A stretch of DNA of 64,000 nucleotides. It comes from Octopus bimaculoides (Eukaryota). A program made the position numbers and the translations under genes. The number at the start of each line of letters is the position of its first letter. Position 1 is the stretch's first letter. Where the stretch lies: positions 79,672,821-79,736,820 of the forward strand of contig NC_068990.1 in NCBI RefSeq assembly GCF_001194135.2. The letters run 5' to 3'. The notes beneath the pieces are model-generated. The model did no database searches and had not been told where the DNA came from. It was given only the letters and a program-made list of their open reading frames with translations. Positions 50,308 through 63,600 of the stretch are shown here, one piece after another.

Positions 50308-50817
50308 TGAGGTCTGGGTGAAAATATCGGGACTGCTATGGTAACAGAGCTAAAGTAAACAGTGAAACTGCTTGGTGCAGGCTGAACACGCTAAGTTATA
50401 GTGTTCTCGCTCACTGCCATTTTTCATAGTAGTGCTTGGAAGTGTGTAGGATGTGGTCGTCTCATCACACCACAGAGGTTCCATCAGTGACCATAGCAGA
50501 GAAAACTGAGCAGAGGATCTGCATCAAATTTTGCCAAAAGCTTGGTCATACCTGCGTTTTTACTTCTTTTCAGAAATCAAATCCCACTTAAAAGGCACAA
50601 GATTTCATGACGTCGAGGAAATTCAAGAGAATGAAATGAGGTAGCTTCTCTCTATTCCCCCAAAAGGAGTTCCAGGAATGCTTCCATCAATAGAAACGAT
50701 GTTGGATAAAGTGCGTGGCTTCAGAAGGGGACTACTTCGAAGGAGATTAAATGCTAAATTGATGTGTTGTAGTTTTCTTTTTATACCACCAGTCCCGTTA
50801 CTTTTCATCAGGCCTTG
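50308..50817 (+). mobile_element. Internally deleted mariner (non-autonomous, about 510 bp)
   Basis: TIRs TGAGGTCTGGGTGAAAATATCGGGACTG / CAGTCCCGTTACTTTTCATCAGGCCTTG with TA flanks; N-terminal EQRICIKFCQKLGH joined to C-terminal KGTRFHDVEEIQ...CVASEGDYFEGD*. Confidence 0.85.
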
Positions 50818-51199
50818 TATATAGGCCTTTTCTTTGTACCCCTGCATTGTGCAGGTTTCGCTGGATTTAATAAGAGTTTCAGCGTTATTATCATTGTGTA
50901 ATACCAAGTCAGCCCTTCGATAAGATTTAACCTTACAAACTATCTCCCAATTTAAATTGTACGTATTTTCACGCGATATATTTCGTATAAACGCTAAGTG
51001 CTACGTATTACGTTTAAAATTTTAGTTTACAGCAATTTCTCGATAAGATAAGTTGTGTTTTTATTTTAAGAAATATTGCTAAATCTTTTTCGATTATTTA
51101 TTTATTCATTTATTGTTAAAACAAGTATTTTTTTTAGATATTTAGTATAAGTTACAATACGTACATTGTTTCTATTATTATTATTTATATTTTATTTTA

Positions 51200-51315
51200 G
51201 ACCTGACGAGTGACTATATTTTTAAATAGATTTAACTGTAGATCGATTTGATTATAAATCGAATTGGTTTTAGTAGTTATCTATTTGAAAATATAGCCAC
51301 GAAACGTGCGTAGTC
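51200..51315 (+). ncRNA. Candidate type I hammerhead ribozyme (Penelope-like), extended helix II
   Basis: GAC-CTGACGA-GTGACTATATTTT...AAAATATAGCCAC-GAAAC-GTGC-GTA-GTC: catalytic core motifs in order, helix I GAC/GTC, cleavage triplet GUA. Confidence 0.7.
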
Positions 51316-51968
51316 ATTTTATACTATTTACCAGTTATTCTTTTATTGATTTTTTGAATAAAGTTTTTATGATATATTTATTTTCTAGAGGGTATGAATT
51401 AAATTCTTTTTTATTGAATTATTTAATAGTGGTTTTTCTCTAAATTATATATATATATCTACATATATACATAGAGAATTCTCTATCTATTAAGCTGTGC
51501 ATCTTCACACACACACAGACACACGTACATAGCTGCTCATATATTGCCTAAGATTTTGCATGATTAGGTGAGTATGGTTAAGAGAGTTAGTTACTTCTAT
51601 ATACACTAAACTTGAGAAATAACCGTTATTATGAATTAGATCAGAACAGAAGCCGCTTAGTGAATTACACATTAAATTTATTGCATTACATTTGCATCTT
51701 TTAAATAACGACTGGGAAATCACTTATTTTTCACTTTCAGTGACTAATAGTTATAGCTTCAATCAAGAGAATTCTACCTACTTTGCCTACCTTGATGGCA
51801 CATCTCGCATATCCATACGTTCATATGCTGACATACACACACGCGCACGCGTACACATACGCATACACTCTTACACATATGTGCATGCGTACACACACAT
51901 GTTCACACATACAGGGTGCATATGAATGTGTATGTCACAGTGGGGATGATAATATTACTGCTACTGCA

Positions 51969-52181
51969 AGGTGACGAACTGGCAGAAACGTTAGCACGCC
52001 GGGCGAAATGCTTAGCGGTATTTCGTCTGTCTTTGCGTTCTGAGTTCAAATTCCGCCGAGGTCAACTTTGCCTTTCATCCTTTCCGGATCGATAAATTAA
52101 ATACCAGTTGCGTACTGGGGTCGATCTAATCGAATGGCCCCCTCCCCTGAAATTTCGGGCCTTGTGCCTGGAGTAGAAAAG
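51969..52181 (+). mobile_element. tRNA-derived SINE family B, full length
   Basis: Aligns with 22588-22805; TSD AATATTACTGCT (51951-51962, 52182-52193). Confidence 0.88.
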
Positions 52182-52629
52182 AATATTACTGCTGCTGCTG
52201 TTGCTGATGGTGTTGATAAAAAATAAAACTACAGCAAAAAAGTAAATAAAATGAAGGAACTACAAATAAGTTATGAATCACAAAATTAATCAATTTAGTA
52301 AAGAATAACAAGAACGCCAACAACAAACACTAAACAACAACAGCAACAGCAAAAACAACATCGATAGCAATGAGCAACAACAAATGAAAATGATAGAAAA
52401 ATAAAGATAAATACATATAATACATATAGACAAATAAATATATATAAGAAACGAAGAAACATTATCGTTAAAATATCGATGAAAACAATTCTAATGACTG
52501 CGTATGTTTGCGTGTAGCATGAATGTGATTCTATTTGAATGTGTCTGTGTGGGTGTGTGTGTTTGATATGCGCATGAGAAAGTGATATGAAAACGAAAAA
52601 AGCTATAGCAACTGATAAATGGCAAGAGA

Positions 52630-52665
52630 AACTGAGAGAGAGAGAGGGAAATAGAGAGAGCGAGG

Positions 52666-52710
<45 letters not shown>

Positions 52711-52760
52711 CTGAAGAGAGGAGAGAGACACAGTGAGGGAGAGTAAGAGTGAGAGGGAGA
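52630..52760. repeat. (GA)n-rich tract
   Basis: Direct reading. Confidence 0.85.
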
Positions 52761-53714
52761 AAATGTGTTAGATACAGAGGAGTTAAGTAGATAGATTGGC
52801 TAAGAGAGTATTCGAAAATATTTAGTAGAAAAACAGTTTTACAGTTATACAGCCTATACATTTGTATTTATATTTGGTCATAGAAACAATATCTTAAGTC
52901 ATTTTCAAAATATATCATTGAATTGTTTAAAACAATATATAAGACAATATTTGTGCTAGTTGGCACTCATACATACACACATATCTCGACATACACACTT
53001 AAATACGTATATATGTGCAGTCACACATGCACGTACGTATATTCATGTACACATGTAGAGACACAAACACACGCATACACACGCTCACACACAAATGTTC
53101 GATCTTCTAGAAATAGTCGTTAAATCTCCTTGAAATCACACCCTGCCTTACTGAGTAAAGAAAAACACATTTGACAACGTAGTTCCCGAAATACTACAGA
53201 CAGGACGGTCTTGGTTGGACCGGGTTTGAGTATCAGTCTACTTTGACCAGAGAATACCTTATATTTAATACCACCACCAAAAACAACACACAAATGTTAG
53301 AAATCAGGTGGATAGAAGTACGAGAAGGAAAGAGGCCTAGAAAAGAGCTTCAATTTTCTCCACTTATTTGAAATACCATACCAATTAATTGGGTCTGTTA
53401 CTGTTAGATGGCTCTGTCGCACATGGAATGGAGAACGGTATTATTGATTTCTAGTCATGGAAGAAAACTACACGTTTTGCAGGAATGTCTGGTTGTTTAA
53501 CATGGATCTTAATTCCTGATAGATTTATTCTATTGAAAAGCTTAAGTTGGCTATACCATGATTTGAACTGAAAACGCAAAGGACCGCTTAGCGTTTTGTA
53601 CGATGCCTGCGAATAGATGATGGTGATGATGATGAGAATAGGGATGTGGATTCTGGTAGTCCTTATATTCCTTCTCCTGTCCCTCCTCGTTCTCCTCCTC
53701 ATCTACTGACAACA

Positions 53715-53890
53715 TATTTCACTTGTTTCAGGAACGCTGGCGGATGCTTTACACATCCCGTTCAATCATCAGTGTTCAAAGTTCATCGGCAGTCATGTCC
53801 ATAAGAGTCTTGTCCATGGTTTTGGTAAGATTCTGATGGTTAATTTTCCAATGAGGTGATATGATAATTCGACTGAGTAGCTTTGACAAT
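53715..53890 (-). mobile_element. Possible RTE ORF 3'-end remnant
   Basis: Weak resemblance ('T.DKTLMDM.ADEL.TLM.ER') to RTE C-termini. Confidence 0.3.
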
Positions 53891-54195
53891 ATCCTCAAAT
53901 TGAAGCCGTCTTCCTGTTATCTTGTTGCTCAAACCTGCAGTCTATTTAATATTCATTTCTAGTATTGACATAAGGCCACCGATTTTGGAGGAGGGTATAT
54001 TCGAATAAGATTGGTTACAGAACTTGTATGGTACTTCAAATCTTGTTGAAGTCAACTGTCTATTTAATCCATCAGGGGTATATGAAATAAGCAGTAATAA
54101 TACATCAAAACTGATTCCATTGATTACTTCACATCCCTCCTTTACAAATATTTGGCATTATACTTTATGTCAATCCACTACTACTATTTATAGTC

Positions 54196-54446
54196 TATTG
54201 GTTTGGTGCATAATTACTGCAGCTTTTTTTCAACAAATTTTATTCAACAAAAACAATAACATGTAACAAAAATATCTTTAAATGGTTATTCCGGAGCATA
54301 TTCCCCATCTACTTCAATTACTGCTTCCCATTTGCTTGGCAGCCGACCAGACCGTCATTTAAAGATGCTTTTGTTAAATATTATTGTTTTGTTGAATAAA
54401 ATTTGTTGGAAAAAAAAAGCCACAATAATTATGCACCAACCCAATA
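54196..54446. mobile_element. Mariner-derived MITE with TIRs of about 90 bp
   Basis: TA-TTGGTTTGGTGCATAATTA...TAATTATGCACCAACCCAA-TA; the centre encodes LPSKWEAVIEVDGEYAPE* on the minus strand (54286-54342). Confidence 0.85.
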
Positions 54447-55044
54447 GTAAGTTTCAATGATAATTTTGAAATAATTTAATATATACTTGATAATCGTTCC
54501 TATCATTAATTCTCATTTGTATTGTTATGTATTTAACTGGAAATTTAATTTGTGTTAGATTCACTTTTATTAATTCATTCACTATTGTGTACTTATTTTG
54601 CATTAAAAAAATTTATTTTTATTTAAGTTTTAATATTTGTAAGCTAATCGTAATTTACATACCTTTTAAATAATATTGCATTCTATGTTAATCACACCGA
54701 GAATAAAATATTAAATATCCAGTTGCGCCTGCGGGAAATGGAAGATATGGTAGCATCGGTCTTCAGCCGAACAACGGAAACTGTCAAAAGAAATTTCGTC
54801 AGAATTCAGGAACAGGTAGGAAGCCTGGAAGGTATAATCTGCTATAAAGTTACTCCAAGTCAGAAGCTGACAAATAAAAAGAAGGGCGGGAAAAGACGGG
54901 ATACAATGGAAGAATAAAAATTGCATACAGAGGAAATTCTGATGGACTTTAATTATAATGTGTCCCACGTGGAGGTGAAGCGTACCGAGGTAGATAACGA
55001 AAGAACTGTATAAATGATTGTGTGTCATTGGCGTATATGGATGC

Positions 55045-55200
55045 GTCATGACTGAATGATTAAGAAGTTCGCTTTATAATTACGAGGTCCCAGGTTCGAT
55101 TCTAGTATGTAGAATCCTGGGCAAGTATCTTCTATCATAGTCTTAGTGAAATTGAGTAGCCGAAAACTACGTGGAATCCTGTCGGATGGATTGTACTTGT
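55045..55200 (+). mobile_element. Degenerate SINE family C 5' part
   Basis: CATGACTGAATGATTAAGAAG...GGTTCGATTC...CTGGGCAAGTATCTTCTATCATAG. Confidence 0.5.
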
Positions 55201-55947
55201 ATAATTCAACGGTGCAGCTTTGTTATACAGCGTGTCATACTGAATCTGCCCGAGGATTACGTTAAAGATACAAGTATTTGCGTAATACTAGGCACCTCAA
55301 ACACAAAATTCAACGAGTCTGCTAGCTCAGTTGATCGTCGAAACTGATGGAAATCCATTTATATTGATGTTTAGAGGTGATTTTAAAACTTGACAATGGC
55401 TGTAGCTTCAGATACTCTTTCCTGAAACCAATAAAATACATCGCCTATTGATAGCTACATAAAACAATTAACTATTTTATCACATTTCTGAGATAAATAT
55501 ATTCGGCGATATCTTTTATTATTTTCTTGCATGTTATCTGCATTTAAAGTTTGCTCCAGTAAACAAGAATGTTGTTTTTTATCACCTTACCCATATCTGA
55601 AGTCATATTTTCTTGGGAATACCACCTCACCTTGCATTAAAGCAATATTCAATATCAAATATTTATTTTACTTGTTATATATAACTTAATTTTACAAGTT
55701 TCGCCCTCCACCCGTGCCCTCCACCAGGGTTTCGTACACGTTGATAGCATTCAAGAATTTCTTCACAGCCTGATAATTACAGCTTGATAATGCAGATGTA
55801 AAAACAAATATGTACACATATACAAGCGCATGTATACACCACTCACACACAAACACACATAATCACACACATATACAAATATATGCATTAGATAAGCAAT
55901 TATCTCACGTGCTGCCACACTCACACAAACACATGGATGTATATATC

Positions 55948-55981
<34 letters not shown>

Positions 55982-56259
55982 NNNNNNNNNNNNNNNNNNN
56001 NNNNNNNNNNNNNNNNNNNNNNNNNNNNNNNNNNNNNNNNNNNNNNNNNNNNNNNNNNNNNNNNNNNNNNNNNNNNNNNNNNNNNNNNNNNNNNNNNNNN
56101 NNNNNNNNNNNNNNNNNNNNNNNNNNNNNNNNNNNNNNNNNNNNNNNNNNNNNNNNNNNNNNNNNNNNNNNNNNNNNNNNNNNNNNNNNNNNNNNNNNNN
56201 NNNNNNNNNNNNNNNNNNNNNNNNNNNNNNNTTTCTTTGTGATAATACACAGGATTATT

Positions 56260-56469
56260 CTTTTCTACTCTGGGAACAAGGCCCGACATTTTTGGGGAGG
56301 GGGCCTAGTCGATTAGATCAACCCAGTACGCAACTGGTACTTAATTTATCGATCCCCGAAAGGATAAAAGGCAAAATCGACCTCGGCGGAATTTGAACTC
56401 AGAACTCAGAACGTAAACACTGCTAAGTATTTCGCCCAATGTGCTAACGTTTCTGCCAGCTCGCTGCTT
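56260..56469 (-). mobile_element. tRNA-derived SINE family B, full length
   Basis: Reverse complement aligns with 22588-22805; 17-bp TSD TAATACACAGGATTATT (56243-56259, 56470-56486). Confidence 0.88.
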
Positions 56470-56789
56470 TAATACACAGGATTATTAAATAAAAGAAGCT
56501 AAATACTACTCTCCTGCAGAAGCTTGTTGGGTGAGAGCGGGCATAATAATATTATCGTTATATCTTAACTGCTAAGGTTGAGTAACAAGGCATACATTCA
56601 GGCGAACGTATGTGCCCCTTACACATACATAAGAACACCCGTTCACTCACTCACTCACTCCCTCTCTATCTCACACACATGCATACGTACATACAAAAAA
56701 TGTACGCATATATATTGGTGTATGTACGTACATATGACAACACACACCTTCACTTACTCTGTCTTTTTCTCTCTCTTTCTCTTCCTCTT

Positions 56790-56867
56790 TTTCTCTCTCT
56801 CGCTTTCTCTCACTCTCTTCCTCTCTCGCTTTCTCTCACTCTCTTCCTCTCGCTTTCTCTCACTCTC

Positions 56868-56935
<68 letters not shown>

Positions 56936-56958
56936 ACACACACACACACACACACACA
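56790..56958. repeat. Polypyrimidine tract: three copies of a 24-26-bp unit CTCGCTTTCTCTCACTCTCTTCCT, then (CT)n and (CA)n
   Basis: Direct reading. Confidence 0.9.
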
Positions 56959-59900
56959 CGTCCATTTCATATACACGTACATATCTTTCACTTTGTCCTC
57001 TTTTTCACATTAAAACAAAAGTAAATAAATAAATTTTTTACGGAAATTAACGAACTTCAGATGACGGTTCTGAGAGTTAAAGCGAATGGTCGCCGTTCAC
57101 TTGAAAATAATTAAAAAGAAACACTAGAATATTGTCTGTTTAAAGAAAGCAAAAATATAAATACTTACTGTACAAACAACTTACATTTTTGGAATCACAT
57201 TCAATAAAAATATTTCTAAACGATTAAAATATTGTGTACGTCAAAATGTCGACGTTTTTTTCTTAGAGAGCGCGAAGACTATGAGTGTGTATATGTCACA
57301 GATAGCGGACGTGTGTTTGTGTTGATTGACACGCCATGACGCGTGTGTTCTGTTTGTGTGTATATGTGTATATATGTTGACGTCACGGAAGCCATGTTTT
57401 TTTCAAGAAATAACAAACAAAAATTGTGTTTAATGGTTTTTATTGATAGAGGTCCAAATATCACAAAAATTTGTACTGCACTGCCGAAGGTAAGTATGAA
57501 AATAAATATGCAAAAAAAAAAAAAGAATTAAGATAAAATATACTATTTCTGATATATTTCGGGTACACACAAACATCTCTGGAGTTTTAGTATTATTAAG
57601 ATATGTGTGTGTGTGTGTGTGTGTGCGCCGGCGTGTGTGTATACTTGTGTTATACGGAAAAATTAAGAAAATTACAGTTCAATAAATGGTTCTGTACATT
57701 TCAAATATAGAAGTGCTTATTCATTTATTCATTATGAATTTACGGCTCGGGAACCGTTTTACTATATTCTCACAATGTCTCCGGAGGTCTAAACTCATAT
57801 TAACTATTATCAACAGATTTATTTAGGTTAGATTTTATACAACAGAAGAAAATCAACACACAACGTACTGCCAGGTCCAAATTTCATTAAAAATTTTGAA
57901 AAGCTAATGAAGTAACCTAGTTTGATTATATATAACAGTTATTTCAGCAGATATTATTAAGTGGCGGGTGGAAAGATATTCTAACAGATTTGAGCTTCAA
58001 CGGAGGTTGGCTCAGTTTCTATAGAGTATAAAATACATATATCATTTTAACAATTGTATAGTTTCAGGATCCGAATTCATTAAGTACTCATCTCTTTACA
58101 TATTACATTAGAAAATGTATTTGAAGAAAACTAAAATGAAATAAAGGATATATTTATTTGAAAAAGAAATGTATTATTACTTCCTTGTAAACCATCAAAA
58201 CTTTGCTTTTGAGACAAGTACAATTTCAGGAAACAAATTCGCAGAAATAAGTCTTAATTTTCCTAAGGCTATACTTGCTATTAAGTAACATGAACATTTT
58301 TCGGTGAATGTTTTCTAGTAAACATATTAATAGTTAGCTGAAATAGATGAAATAAGTATAAATTTTCATAGGTATGTTACTTAACACGACAATACAACTT
58401 ATTTATAATGTTGAGTAGCTGTTCACTATTCGTAAAAATGAAAGTTATAATTTAAATAACATAACACCGGGCAGTTTTTTGATAGTTATTTAATATACTG
58501 AGTCATATTTTCTTATATATCGATCTATATTGTCCAATGTGTTCTTTATGAATATAAGACGGCATTGTGTGGTTTGAGGACAATTTGGTGGCTATTCATA
58601 TATAGATCGAGTGTCAGTGGTGTGTGTAAATGGGGTTTCAGTTAAACAGAAAGTCTGTAGTTAGTAGTGGCAATGTTTTAGTTACACATGTACTAATATT
58701 CTGCATTATATTTATTTAATCCTCTCCATTTTCTCTGGAACATAAGCCTGCTTTCTTCAGGTTTGCAGTTTCTGTTAAAAGATGCTATTTTAATAGGGTG
58801 GCGTTGTTAGTCTCACTTCCAATTCCCAACCGGAGGGCTAGCTACTGCTTTTTATCAGGTTTTTACTTTGAAACCTGCCTATCTTCGTTGGACCAACTGA
58901 ATGTATGAATTCTGTCCGCACAACCTTCAGATCCACAAAGTCACAGAAGCCTTCTCATCTTGACAAAGCTGCAACACACAGGAGAAGTTATCATAAGGAA
59001 CCATAATTGCCTCACTTTGCCTCCCGAAGCATTCATTGACTTCATTCTAGTGGTTGAGTGAGATCACATACATATTTTATTGAAACATTTCATTTGTGTA
59101 AATTACTGTACTATATCCTTGAACACAACATGGTCGCTGTATGCTGGCTGATTCTCGTTCTTTACTATTACAGTTTTAATATACTATTCTGACAGTTCCA
59201 TGTAAAGCTGTCTGTAGTCTGAATCTTAGTCAAGCTAGTAGTGAGGTCGAATGGAAATATCTTTGGAAATTGCTGTTAAAGAGTCAATGTTCGCAGCTTT
59301 TGCAGCTTTCCTTTCAAATTTGCTTGCGGCTGCATAGTTGCTTAGTATCTCTCAATATAAGCTGCCTGCTAATAAATTTTTCTGCAATGAACTTCTCTCT
59401 CTCTCTCTTCATCTCTATCGTTCTCACTCTGTCTTACGTTTTCTATGTCATACATCAGAGTGGTTGCTGAACCAAGACATAACGAAACGTATGAGTTAGT
59501 AAACTCAGTCTTTCAGTGAAGTGGTTGCCGTTAGAAGCAATGTGAATTGTCACTTACATGAGAAAGGTGTTGGAAGGGGAAGTCTTTTTGGTAACACACA
59601 CAAACACATGCACACATCTCGATACTTTAACACCATTGTAATAAGGATCATTCAATTGAAATGCAGAAACAGTAAAGCAACGGATAAAGTATTTTGTGAT
59701 ATCTACTTACCTATCGCTAGGAGATCATCGGGATTTAAACTAAGAAGAACTAAACCTTCGATTTCGATAAAATAAGTTCCAGTCAAGTTAATCAGCTGTA
59801 CTTCTTCCTTTAAATTTGAGATTGAGAAATGAATTACAAAGTTACATTACAAAGGCATTTAGTGGAAGAGGATGTGTTAATGCAGCAAAAAAAAAAAAAA

Positions 59901-60469
59901 AAGAACAAGAAAAATCAGGCAGTTAAAATTACACCAGTTATGACGAAAAAAAGTCATGAGCGGTAATGATGATTATTGTTAAAAAATTCGAAATTAATTT
60001 TGTCACTGATGATTCTTATGTTTAACGCCACTACATCATACTAAGTAAGTATCAGACAGAGCATGCCAGATAATGTGTTTGTATAATGCTATTAATCATG
60101 ATACACATCTAAATATTGTTAAATCATTTTATAGACAGCCTTGCAAACAGACAAACTGAACAGCTCACATTTTACAGGCCATGGTGAAATATTCTCGTTC
60201 AGTATTGAAAACTTACTGAGCGTTCAACTTTCATTAATTTTCTACTGAATCTATATCAAAAGATACCAGTACTTTTAATGCATACATTTTAATCATTTAG
60301 CAAATCAAACTACCACGGTATTGAGACAGTGTGCAATGAACTTTATTGCACCAGCGAACTAATGTTGCTGAATAAAACAGTCAAAAGAATGCACGTGATC
60401 TAAACAGGCTGATCGATACTGTTAATGACTATTGTCTTCATTAAACAAAAAAGATATATGTATGTGATG

Positions 60470-60617
<148 letters not shown>

Positions 60618-63600
60618 TTCAAAAGAAAGTAAAGAAAAATCTTCCAAGTGGCAAATATTTCGGTTTATCAAATTTTCTAGTACAACAAAACCTGCATCTG
60701 AATAGGAAAGAAGTCGTAATGATTTTGCAGTAGAGCATAGCATTGTATGAAAAGCAAAACAAACACGAAATACAACAGTTTTTCTTTGATGCTTAACCGC
60801 ACTTGCTGTCACATGTTTGTTATAGTTGATAAAAATCAATGCTTTAGATTATAGGTCTGAGGTCCTTTGAAGTATTCTTGGCACCATTATGTCGTTAGTA
60901 ATAGCGTAGCTAATTAAAACCCCGACTTGATGTTACTTGCTGTTCCAAAAAGGATCTTTATTGTGACAAGTAAATGACTATAAATTTCTGAAAATATTAG
61001 TGACATGACTAGTGTTTCTCTGAGATATGATACTTGAAAACATTTTACATATAATAGATTAAATTCTGTTTCATTTCAAGTTTTTATGGGTGCACTAAAC
61101 GTACCATGCATGTGTGATCATAAACAGGAAGATAACAGTTTTCAAGGCGTGCGTATATTCACTTCAGCTGAATGAAATTTGGAAGAAGACAATTTGGAAA
61201 GAGAATATTTATAAGAAATAAAATAAAACAAAAGAAATAGCTATCAGAATTGTTTCAAATGAATTGCTTGTATTAGTAAACTGGTCATGTTATACAATGC
61301 TTGTGGTTGATAGTAATCTATAGTGGTTCTAAGTACTATAATGATGGAACCCTTCACCAGACTTACTTCGTGCAAAATAAGCAGAACTGAGAAAAAATAT
61401 AGTTAGAATTTGAAATTTGACGAATGTTTTAGAGATTTATTGCGGCAGGCATACTTCGTCGCTAGGAGTTGCATCACCATCTGACTCATTGTACCTTTAG
61501 CAACGTCTACTCAGTTGGAAATATTCTGATCAAGTCTCCAGTCTGAGATTAACTTCATCCCTTTTTGGGCGCTGCTCCTTCTCATTTGACTTAGCGTATG
61601 AAAAAATAAATGAGTACACCTTTCTTGTATAATTACCAAATATACTGTTCCTGTTAACCTTTGTCCTTTTCCCAAACCCTTTATTAGTGGAATTGTTATG
61701 AGATGGCAATAGTAAGAGTAACACAAAAAGGCAAAAACAAAATATAAACCCAAACCAAGACAAAACTAATTGCAAACCTTCGTATTGGAACGTTTAGACT
61801 TCATAAATTATGATAGTTATTATTGTACGATAATATACACGGTAATTTTTTCATCATAGAGCAAAAGGACTAAATGTATTTTTTTGTTTATAAATTCCAT
61901 ATTTAAGTTCGTATATAGTTGATCTGTCATATTAAAGGGTATTGACAACAGGAAAATTATTTTGCTGAATTATCTTGCCGAAAGTTAAATAACTGTTTAA
62001 CTTTCGTTAATTGATGTTAAATACATTGGATTATATTTTAAAGTATATAATTCATTAAGTTCAATTATACAGGTTTTCAGTAAGATCCTATAATTTAACT
62101 CGCTGGTAATTAGTCGATAAACTTCAATATCAGTAAAGGATACTTCTGAAACGGTAGTATTTGAAATAAGAAAGGAAAGGACTCGCAAGTATTTTATGAA
62201 TATGATTTTCTGCAGAAACGCATTTTCATTAAAATTTGGAAAGAAATCTGTGACTCAAAATGTCTGTAATTGCTAAAATGTCATGTGGCATTCATATAGT
62301 AAAATAAACGGAATTTCTTGTCGAAAATTTGTAAACGTTCTCTTTAAATGATCTTTTGAATGGATACATTTAGAATTTCTGTACTTAAAAATGATTTATC
62401 ATTTTATGTAATTGTTGCATGAAAATCATACAAATCTCTTATCTGGAGAAATACTTGCTATTTAATTTTACCCTCACCAGCCATAGTGGAAAGATTATTG
62501 CATATTAATGAGCGGGAAAATAAAAACTACAATATTTCGAATAGATAATATAATAGAAATATAAAAAAAAATAAGTATAACTTTGTTATTAAAGGAAAAC
62601 AAAACGAATAATTTATACATAATTTTTAAATCATTATATATGAAAACCTTGTGAACCAAACATATTGGTTCTCCATAAACGATCTATCATCAATGGTTTC
62701 TTTGACGGCTTGTTTTCTCTCTTTCAAATCAGAGATCACTTGAACGTAATTATCACTCTGAAGTAAGTTAATCATTACAGGCTTCCTGAGATTAATTTGA
62801 CATTTGAACCACTCTTTCCTTTTTTAACATAGCTGCTTCCGGAAATATGATAGTTTGACTCAGAAAATAAACTTCTTGGATGTTTTCTATACAGGATATT
62901 CTATGGTGTATCGAGAACGACATTAGTCAACGATGAGAAAGTGCTTGAAGAATATTGGCTAGTGAACGTTTGTTAATAAGCCAAGTGATTTTTATTATTC
63001 CACGATGCGCTACACTATATGTATTTATTGAGTGCACTGCCGAGATATGCGTGAATATACAATTGAAAGTTCACACTTAGCCTATAAATATAATCAATCC
63101 TCAAGAAAAAATACATTTCACTTTTTATCATACTGCCTTAGTTATCAGACACATTAACATCACATATTTTTCGTTCCCGTGTTTCCTAGACCTTTCATCA
63201 ATTTGGTACAGACTGGAAGTCGTGTCCACACTGCTGTGACACAACCAAAACCTATAATGCGTTCCTGGATTGAAAGCATTCACTAGATAAATATTAATTC
63301 AGTCAATGACGACAAGTCAAGACCTTATTTTGCAAAGGGAAGAAAATATCATGGCTGTAACAAACTGATATATTACCCTATTTTTCTACAAGTGCACCAT
63401 GGCGGAATTTTTTAAGTGCAGAAACATTTTAAGTGAGGAGTCTGGACCAAGTGGTTAGATTCGCGTCTGTGTATTTCAGTCGGACATCCGTCTTCACTGG
63501 ACGTCTTGGTATTTCATTATTTACTTAATAATTTAACTTTCATTAACGTCGGAGAATATACCCATTGTTTTAGGACTTGTGTATGTTGTGGTATATTGAT

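Noticed and set aside
58750-59350. Possible decayed LINE RT on the minus strand
   Set aside because: Too degraded to identify ordered motifs with confidence
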